A DNA stretch of 33,803 bases from Sphaeroforma arctica JP610 (taxonomy: Eukaryota), in contig NW_014040444.1 of the NCBI RefSeq assembly GCF_001186125.1, positions 1 to 33,803 on the forward strand, read 5' to 3'. This document shows positions 25,001 through 33,803 of this stretch, one piece after another. Position numbers and translations under genes: made by a program. Position 1 is the stretch's first letter, and each line of letters begins with the position of its first letter. The notes under the pieces are model-generated. The model worked only from the letters and a program-made list of their open reading frames with translations. It was not told where the DNA came from and ran no database searches.

Positions 25001-25600
25001 AAGCTAACAAAGGTTTCTGCATTGTTGATTTCCATGTCGTCATCTGCATTACTTGCCTCCAGCTGATATGCCTTCTCCAAGAGTAGAGAAACCGCTGATT
25101 GGGTAGTTGAATTGCGTATGAAGTCCTGGGTTGTGGCTTTGCCACGCTTAGATTGAAATGTCCTCTCAATGGGCTCGGTTGTAGATTTGAAATTCTCGAT
25201 ATCAACTGATTTGTCAAAGTTTTAGTAGGAAATCAAGACTGTTGCCAAGCCTGCACCACATCGGGGCTCGCGCTCGGTTCGAAAATAATGTATGATTGTT
25301 GCTTTGGTCGAATCTGGGTGTTTGTTGGAGCAGGGATCGATATTCTCGGGCCAATTCGTTTCAATTTGACTTCGACCTCAGTAGAAATACATTCCATAGT
25401 ATCGCGTAAAGCGATAATATCGCTGTCTTGGAGCCGAACCTCTTTTATAAGGTGCAGGCATACGGGACTTTCAAACACAAAGGATCTGCAGGGGACGTAC
25501 ACATACTCGACGGGCCTTGAAGCTTGCCTCACAGTTTACCACAGAGATCTGGTGTTTTATACCCCATCATTATCTCAGTATATAATGCGAAATATCAGAG
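22030..25600 (-). mobile_element. Near full-length but inactivated LINE (copy C): possible ORF1 remnant (~25550-24950), then APE endonuclease, RT and C-terminal Cys/His knuckle
   Basis: APE: VIRVVETW, CGIGLFFK, DVV*GDFN (24544-24567). RT: GTFPKALNCTLLTVHPKKED, VCLDITKTYNKV, GILQG...LFFVIYMDTL, KYLG (~23440). Knuckle GVCLCPVCPVDKTFTSSHFAC (22628-22690). Multiple stops and frameshifts. ORF1 assignment is positional only. Confidence 0.88.
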
Positions 25601-25710
25601 CAAGGGTTACCTACATCCAGTAGAGTAGAGGAATCTAGAACACCAGAGTATCCTTGATCGAAAAATTGAAAGTGTCTCATAATAGTATTTTGGACAGGGA
25701 ATGGCACGCA

Positions 25711-26397
25711 AGTAACTCAGCCAAACGGCCAGTGAACTGGACAATTCCTTTCTCTAAGACATACAGTTTCCTATTCTTATTGACTCAGAGGCCGATGAAC
25801 TTTGTGACAATTTTTAATTGGTCTTGAGGTTGATATCGTTTACTGCGTTCTTTATATTGTATAGCACAAACGCGTGAGGATTCAATGCGTTTCTCACTCC
25901 GATACCGAAGAATATGTAAATCGTGACAACTAATTATGTAATCGTGAATACATCTGAAAACTTTCATTCATAGCCTAAACGTGTGAAGCTTCATTACGAT
26001 TTTCACGTCGAGACAGATTCAAATACCATGCATATTTTTTTTCCGATACAGCAGACGTGAAGTACAAATGTACAATCCTTCTCCAAATCCGATCATGTAA
26101 TTGTAGTAGCAGAATATGCGGATCGAGATATCTAATTATGTAACCACGAATACATCAGAAAACCTTCATTTATAGCCCAAAAGCGTGAACAATCAATACG
26201 ATTCTCAGATCGAGAGTGATTTAAATATATATATCCTTTCTTTCCCGATACTGCAGATGGAAATATCGGGAGGTACAAATAAACAAACCTATTGCGTCTG
26301 TTTAAAATCTGATCATGTCATGAGTAAATCAGCCAATCGGCCAGTGAACTGGACAATTTCCATCTTTAAGATATTCGGCTTTTCCTATTCTTACTGA
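25711..26397 (+). repeat. Array of diverged ~200-bp units bounded by ~75-bp direct repeats
   Basis: agtaa.tcagccaa.cggccagtgaactggacaatt...tttcctattctta.tga at ~25711 and ~26323; internal unit (taattatgtaa...gaatacatc.gaaaac.ttcatt.atagcc.aaa.g.gtgaa) repeated about 200 bp apart. Confidence 0.85.
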
Positions 26398-27212
26398 GGA
26401 AAGCTAACCTCGGAGGCACATTGTCTTGGCGTTGGTGATATAGAGAACATATGGATTTTATTTGTGACCTATTCTGTGTAGTTCAGTACCATGTATGTTG
26501 CAAGATTGGCAACGGACACGGACTACACAAGTATCAACAATTATTGCAAAATCAGCACATAGTTTTAAGGATTCTGGCTAAATTTACGCTTCACCAACCG
26601 AGGATGCGCATGTGCAATGTGCCAGCCGACGCAAATTGATTGCGGTCTGGTGGTCACAACTGACATTAAATAAAGTGCACTCTGAGCTCATAGAAGTGCT
26701 CCATTGTTTTACTTCCATTTAAGAAATCCTGAATCTAACTCGGAAGTTATTCAAGCCGATGCGCGATGTTGACATTGGTTTCCGCTCGTTTCGCTAGGCC
26801 ACACATATAAAGGCCAATTGGGGCAAATTGTTCAATTGAAATTAAGGGTTGTATCACTGCGAAGATCCCCAATTTATATTGCATAAGGGTAGCTCAGAGT
26901 TGCCTCTGCTTGACTACCGAAACACCTCTGCGTCCGATATGATACTTTTTCCCTCTGCAACAGATGAGTTGAAAATTAGAAATGAAATTTCTCTAGAAGA
27001 AGACCAGACTGTAATGGGTTCGTAGTTCAAGCATAATAAACACTAGACCATGAAATGGTGCCATGACATTGCACCGAGATTCGTTAGTGCTTGAAATTGT
27101 CCCCACTAATCAATTTCAAATACAATGACATCTTCCCACGTGATATACTCGTCAGACGTACACAGCCGTCACAGAAATCAGTTTTAATATGTAGTTTTTG
27201 ATTGACATATGC

Positions 27213-30200
27213 TCAATAGCCAACATCTATCAGCACGCGGACGTTGCTTGCGTGTTCGAGGCTCATCAGTTTTTGTACATGAACTACAATGCAGGTATCA
27301 GATTGGATTTGCACACATCCACGCAAGCACATAAACTGGATATGGACTGAAAGCTGAGGCCAAAATAAGTCACACTTTCTTGATCTTGATAACTTAATCA
27401 CATACGTAGCAAATGCTCAACACGTATATTTGGCTACAGCACATGTATTGTTATGTTTACATACCAAAATCCACCAGAGCCAGTGAAGCCGCCTTACTGG
27501 GATCCTTGTCTCTAATTTGATTTATCATGCTAATTATATAGTTCCGCCTATCATTATAGTCGTCGCCGTCTAATTTCTTGGCCAAGTCTTCAACGAATGT
27601 ATCTTTGACAGCATGTGCCATTTTACCTGAGGACGACAGGTAACAATATGAATAAGGGTGTGCCTCACTTGTGTTGCATGTTTCGCAATTCTTCTACCAT
27701 GTGAAATAATATGTGAACTAGTCCGTGTCATGTGTCGTATCTCAAAAACAAGCACATTAAAATATGTCAATAATCATATCACCTACATACCTGCAAGGTA
27801 CTGGCAGTACAGGCCTTTAAACACGTGTATGTGTTGCGGGGCAGTTTCCGCAACTAATACCCCTTGAGTAATCGAGTGAATGGGATTCAGGTACTTCTCT
27901 GTATTGTCGATCAAGTAGTACCACAGAGACGGTGTAGTCTCAGACAAATTCGCGGCCATTCGCTCTCGCTTTGTCGGTTCGAGGCGAAAAATGTAGACTT
28001 TTAGTCGTTAGTGATTAAGCTTATAGTTATGAGATGTACGTATGCAATTACTGAAGTGCAAAAGTATTTCCAGTGTTGGGCATGATGTGGTCTTTCTAGT
28101 GGAACAACCACAAATAAAAACTAAATTCAATATTAGAAATAAGATTAGACTCCATTCGCAATAGTCTTGCTACGCTTAGATATCGCGTGCGCTGCAACAA
28201 ACACCTTGCAACAAACACCTTGAGCACCTAATCGCTCCCAATTTGTCATGTGATTGATCTAAAAGATATAACGACAACATACACGAAATCTGAATCGACA
28301 GGGGCGCCGGTGAAACAGCCGACAAGAACACATTCTCCCAAACAGTACTTTATGGTGGATATCCAATAGACTATGAGGCCATCAGACACAAGGAGTATCG
28401 TGCATATAGCTGCAATAGTACAAGTGAACACACCTCGCAATTACCCAAGAACGTTCCAAAGCGGCAAGCGTGCAATTCCTCGTTCAGATCGATCAGCATT
28501 TTCCAATTGAACTCAAACGCGCACGGAAATTGCGTTTGTAGTTGCCAAACGCAATCCAAAAATTGTGTGAATACGGGAGAATACTCTTTCTTATCCAATG
28601 CCCAGAAACCATTTCGATGTTGGAACTTGTGGCCAAACTGTATCCACTCCTTACTGATTAGACTTATAAAACCTGTTGTGGGTCAACAGCAAAAGTTATA
28701 TAATTGTCTGAGTGAAAATTAATGATGTGATCGATACTAAGGTACAAGTCTCCAAGATATCGCTATAGGCGCAGAGAAAAGCCCAATGCAGAAAAAAGAG
28801 AAAAACTATGTATCGATATTCAGCCATTGTCTACATGCGCCAGAGAGTTCCTGATCAGACTCAAGTGAATCTCGAGACGGGCGCCAGGAACAAACGCATT
28901 CGCACGATAGCATGCGCTCAGCTATATTAGACAGAAGCAACATTATTACAAGATTGTGAATTCAGGTAGGCATTTCAAGTACACACCTTTTATGGTACGG
29001 TAATAAGGATCTAAACACAGCTGAGTGAGGGAGGAGAGCTGAGCAGTCCTATCCCATCCGTCACTACAATGCAACACTACGCTCGCGCCTTCAACTGCCA
29101 TTGCCCTGTGTTGTGATATAATAAATTTGGGTCTCATATTCAATAATTTAAAAACGGATACTAGTCAAAAATAAATAAAAGAGCAAAGGGAACTGGTGAA
29201 GACTAATGATTATTTTCCAATAACAATATTGCTGATACGGCACAGCTCCAAGTACAAAGAGGATACTATATTACCTGGTCGAAGGACAATAGGGCAAGTC
29301 ATGGTCGCAGTTAAAGTCAATTGATTATTTTTCACAGAAACGCGTTCACAACAATACGTACCAGGCATATAGCAGTACATGCAAAATGTAAATGTACGCC
29401 GCCACACGTATGTCAACTTCTGAAATTGCCGTAGGGGTTTAAATAATCTATAAGAGTAAATTATGCACACAGACAAACATGAACCTGAACAAATATTTTC
29501 AATATCATATATTTGTCATACTTCCCGTAACAGTACACTTGAATACACAGGCAACCAACTCGCTTACACCGACTCACCTAGCCATCAGATTCGATGCTTC
29601 CAGAATAGTCCTGATGTGGTGCAGCCAACCGGACCCATATACGTTACTAAGCCATTGATTCGCCGTTGAATTGTGTACGTGGCAGGCTGTGCATTACAGA
29701 GGCGATATGGTGCGAGCCAAAGTAGGCATATATATGCATCAGAATACTTCATCTATAGCAGTGTACAAAAGCGGAAAACTGTGCGTACGTATGCATCATT
29801 TGCGAGAAAGAGTTCCAGCAAATATCAACCGGTATACACCACAGTCGCATCGCATTGGGCGAACAACTAGAGAACTGGAATGCAAGAGACATTGATCGAG
29901 AATAAACAATATGGTAAGTATATTCGTTTGATAGGAACCCCCCAAAACAACCCAATCTATGATTGTTTAGATTTTTTGCAATCGCTGTCATGAAGCTCGC
30001 ATCCCAGAAATCGATACGTCCGCTCTTTCCGCTGTACAGCGACAACAAAACGATATGGGACCAGAAAAGGAGCAAAATATCGACGAAAATCCACTCCAGA
30101 TACACATACCATCTACCAGCTTATTAAGTGATTCTCTAATGACATGGATGTTCTCTATGTTCATGCATAGGTATTTGCAGTTGAGGTAGAATGCCGTGCT

Positions 30201-31010
30201 CTCGTATCCTGCCCCGTTCGCTCTGCGCTCGTATGATATATGCGAAATTAATAGGTACAATCGACTAGTACAATTAATTAGTGCAATTAATTAGTCCAAC
30301 TATTTTGTAGCGCGCTCTCAAATATGCAGCGGAAAAGTAGGATCACCCAAGCCATGCGGATGAATAAGACACTCAGGTGACCAAGAAATCTGAGCTGAAA
30401 TGCTTGGCGCTTATTTCAACACCTCTCGAGGCATATGTATAGCATCGTAGTATAGATTAGATATATATTGATCGTGTTGAAACATGTGCAAAGCAAAGAG
30501 CAATTCGAGGTGTTGGCGAACGCACACCTTTGAGCCATGGCATTGACCTTCGGGCGGGCGTCGATGATGTAGTGTTTGTTCACTTTGTTGGGATTCGCCG
30601 AGAATATAAGTTGTACCATTGCCTCGTCCGCAACGCTACGTTTTGATTGGATGCCCACTTTCGGTTGACTACAGCGAGTGAGCGATGACTGAGGAAGAGC
30701 GCAAATGGGGTCAGCGTGAAACACAACATAAGTCACAGCTACATTGTAGCGAACCATCTGACTGACATTGACCTGGCTGAAGCGACTGAACTGGATGCTT
30801 CAAAAATGACAACAACACTAAAATAAATGTCATTTTTTCTGCTGCATGGTCCGTAAAGTGGAGAAATATACCGATCGATACAACCTATACACACACCCAG
30901 ACACAGACACAGGCACAGACACAGGCACAGGCACAGACACAGGCACATACATAGACACGCAGACACAGACACAGACAGAAACATAGACACAAATACAGAC
31001 ACAGACACAG

Positions 31011-31053
<43 letters not shown>

Positions 31054-33616
31054 CATACATACATGAAAATATATGATACACCTACACGCACAAACACATA
31101 AACCATATACATCTCATAGAAACACACACCCTCCGGACATACTATTTGTGTCACTATAAGTGACTGTACACACCAACTCAAGGTCAACTTGAGATAATTT
31201 GCATATTTAACAGTCATGCATACTTCGTTTTTGTAGATGTAGCTCAGGATGGGTAGTCGCTGCCTGCTCCGGAAAGCGGCACACTGTGACGAGGAATGAG
31301 AAATAGTCAACACCAATAACAAGCTGTCGCTTACGGATCATGAAGGTCCAACACTCTTAGACTGTGTTCAATACTGCCATAATGACTATATATGCAGATC
31401 CATTCACGCTCACGCCCGGAGGCTTCAATATGTTATAGCATTCTGGAAACGTTCCCATCCAGATATAAATAAAACGGTGCTCGCCAGTCAAGAAATACCA
31501 TGGACAGCTGTACACGAACACGCCCACTGACCTCCAGCGAGTAGATAAAGGTATACACATACCTCTGTCAGCATCTCATCTGAACAGGTGGCCGGTACAT
31601 ACAGTTCACGAGGGTACGTTGAGCAAAGCCCAAACCTTCTATTGAGTGAAGTCACTCGCCATTTGCTGTTCGGTACACCCATGCGCTCGTATTCGGTAAG
31701 CGTATTGTAGAATTCCCAGCTCAGACTTTGCGCTAAATAGGTACACACCAGTGAGTATGTACATAAGTGATCTGAGATATGGGTTACACACACTTGCGTT
31801 GTATTGGTAACAAGTATACATCTAGTAAATTATGTCTGCAATGAAAGACGATGGTTTTTTGTGTGTTAAGCTCATCGGAAAATACCAACACTTGCGTCGC
31901 GGTACACTCGTACGTATGATATGTAACTGGAAAATCTCCGAAGCCAAGTCCGCACGATTGACACACATCACACCCATATGCTTCGCCATGAAGGGGTTTG
32001 ATGATGTTGAAGATTACGAGACTACATGCACCGCTGAAAAGTGCTAAACAGCCGCACCTGCGAAGTATGTGCTAACTGAACCATGTGCATCGATCAAGGA
32101 GGGCCGTAACAACATCAATTCGGGATATGTTTACAACAAGCCATAGAGAGTATACGCGAAAATACAGTGCAAATTGATTCTCTGGTTATTGGTACGGGGT
32201 CAAGCTCGCAGTATGACTCCAATGCGTTATAAATATCGATACGAAAAAAAGTACACTGCTTGTCAAAACTCGAACTACCTACTAATATCCAAAGTAAGTA
32301 CTAACAGCGCGTGTACGGATACGCACTTTACAGGTGCACGGCATGAGTAGGATACTCCAGAGCTACACGTAGCGTAGCATACAAGCGACAAGCTGCTCAG
32401 TGAAGACGCGAACCAAATACGGGTAGAAACAGGATGGGACAATACTAACGTATGGGATCATATATGTATGCAGATACGTAGTAGACGGTGAGCATACAGT
32501 AAGCTTGCAGCTGCCTTACATTTGACACCAGGACTGTATTTATATTCAAAGGCGTGAAGCTCATCCATACGACCTGTATAGAAATAAAGTAGTTCGAGAA
32601 GAGTTATATATAGACGTGGCGTTGCTGATCAAAAAGACACTCAGAGAGTGCGTGGCTACTCAAAATGCCATTGAATAAGGAAAACGTCGCATTGTAGAGC
32701 TAACACATATTGACGCATACACTGTCAGCGTCTATTCGCCTAAACGTTGCGTGTGTACGGGACAGTCTTGCACGAAATGGATCGTACGTTCGTACTGTCG
32801 ACATGACCTCGACTGACAATATTATCAAATACAGAATAACAATTATAACCCTCGGCTTCACTCCAAGAAAATGGGGACACCTAATTTCCCCCCTATATTA
32901 TATTGTAGGTGACATTCCCAGTCGTGCACGGCACCGCCGTACAAAACCACCTGTGCACCATGCTTCGTGCAGTTCAGATAGCGACACGAACCTTCTGACA
33001 AATCAGCTAAAGCTACTGGCCAATACGCCTTTGAACAGAGTGAAAGATCGCTGCTAAGCTTGCGAGTTTGTGAGAGAACCCAACACTAAACTAGACGGCT
33101 GCTTCGCCAATTCTGAGTCAAACGCTACTCGCATAGCCACGTGCACCACAAAACATGGGAATCCACCTTCGCTTACTTTTGAATCCCAAGTCCATCAGGG
33201 CGTCATACATGTCGTTGCATTCCTTCTCACTAGGTATCAGCAGGGTTATCAGACGGTACGTCTTGGTACGCAACACGATGAGAGTTCCTTTGGGAGTTGG
33301 GCTTTTACGCTCGATAGACCACAACGTCTGTAGTAGAAGCTGTCCAGGTGTCATAGATTGCGAGAGGATCAGTGAGATTAGACGGTTGCGTGACTTGATG
33401 ACTGGTGGGCAAGATGGTGTCATTCAGTCTCAACCGAAGATTAGGAAAAATAATAATAACTATCTATGCGAAAGAGACGACTACGAAGTGCAGCCAGCAT
33501 ACCCATATTTCCTTCTGCCTATCGGCCGATGCAAACACTAGATGTCGTGCGGTGACGTGGATGGATCCAGTGTGACGTGTCGGCGAGGCGCTGATGTACA
33601 GATAAGCCTTCTCGAT
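27213..33616 (-). CDS. Myotubularin phosphoinositide 3-phosphatase, MTMR6/7/8-like, 5'-partial; exons 33616-33503, 33339-33177, 32573-32520, 31732-31563, 31283-31224, 30688-30528, 30222-30110, 29686-29578, 29105-28987, 28672-28434, 27968-27791, 27626-27465 and probable last exon 27283-27213
   Basis: PH-GRAM ([12 protein letters not shown]...KEIW), [79 protein letters not shown], catalytic [74 protein letters not shown]. Intron phases are compatible throughout. The start exon is not identified in the window; the last two exons are less certain. Confidence 0.95.
30890..31070. repeat. Intronic compound microsatellite (ACACAG/GCACAG hexamers, CA, TA, TACA)
   Basis: Directly visible within the myotubularin intron 30689-31223. 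Confidence 0.95.
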
Positions 33617-33725
33617 CTGCGTAAAGAAAAAGCAGTTGGATTTTCAGTATGATGCGATTCAAAGGCCATTGCTGCCCAGCAGATCTGAAGAAATACATAG
33701 AAAATCTATATGGGGTTTGGGGTAG

Positions 33726-33803
33726 TATATATATATATATATATATTTATATATACATATACATATACACATATACATACATACATACATGCATACATAC
33801 ATA
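33726..33803. repeat. (TA)n/(TACA)n microsatellite
   Basis: Directly visible; runs off the window end. Confidence 0.95.

Noticed and set aside
21383..26397. LTR pair enclosing an LTR retrotransposon
   Set aside because: Interior is an APE-RT non-LTR element; flanks differ in length, are internally repetitive, and I saw no TG...CA termini, PBS or PPT.
30739..31081. Cys/Val-rich ORFs
   Set aside because: Translations of the intronic ACACAG/CA microsatellite.
32710..33541. Plus-strand ORFs (115, 87, 128 aa) as nested antisense genes
   Set aside because: No recognisable motifs; they overlap myotubularin introns or exons on the opposite strand.

Overview
Intron-rich eukaryotic genomic DNA (GT-AG introns, TA/CA microsatellites, one assembly gap), read by eye; all exon models below were spliced manually and keep reading frame. 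Left part: the 3' end of an EF-hand protein gene (+), a 3-exon gene (+) encoding a ~630-aa protein with MED26 (Mediator subunit 26) architecture plus an internal array of Ser-Pro heptads, and a convergent 12-exon AFG1/LACE1-family mitochondrial ATPase gene (-). Middle (~9-26.4 kb): a gene-free transposon graveyard with three diverged copies of one APE/RT LINE family, a decayed Ty3/Gypsy pol, a probable decayed Ty1/Copia pol, a possible hAT relic, a ~200-bp repeat family and five local tandem duplications. Right part: a 5'-truncated MTMR6/7/8-type myotubularin gene (-) with an intact HCSDGWDRT site. The style suggests a non-animal opisthokont (possibly a unicellular holozoan), which is only an inference. 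The most interesting item is the MED26-like gene and its CTD-like heptad array.
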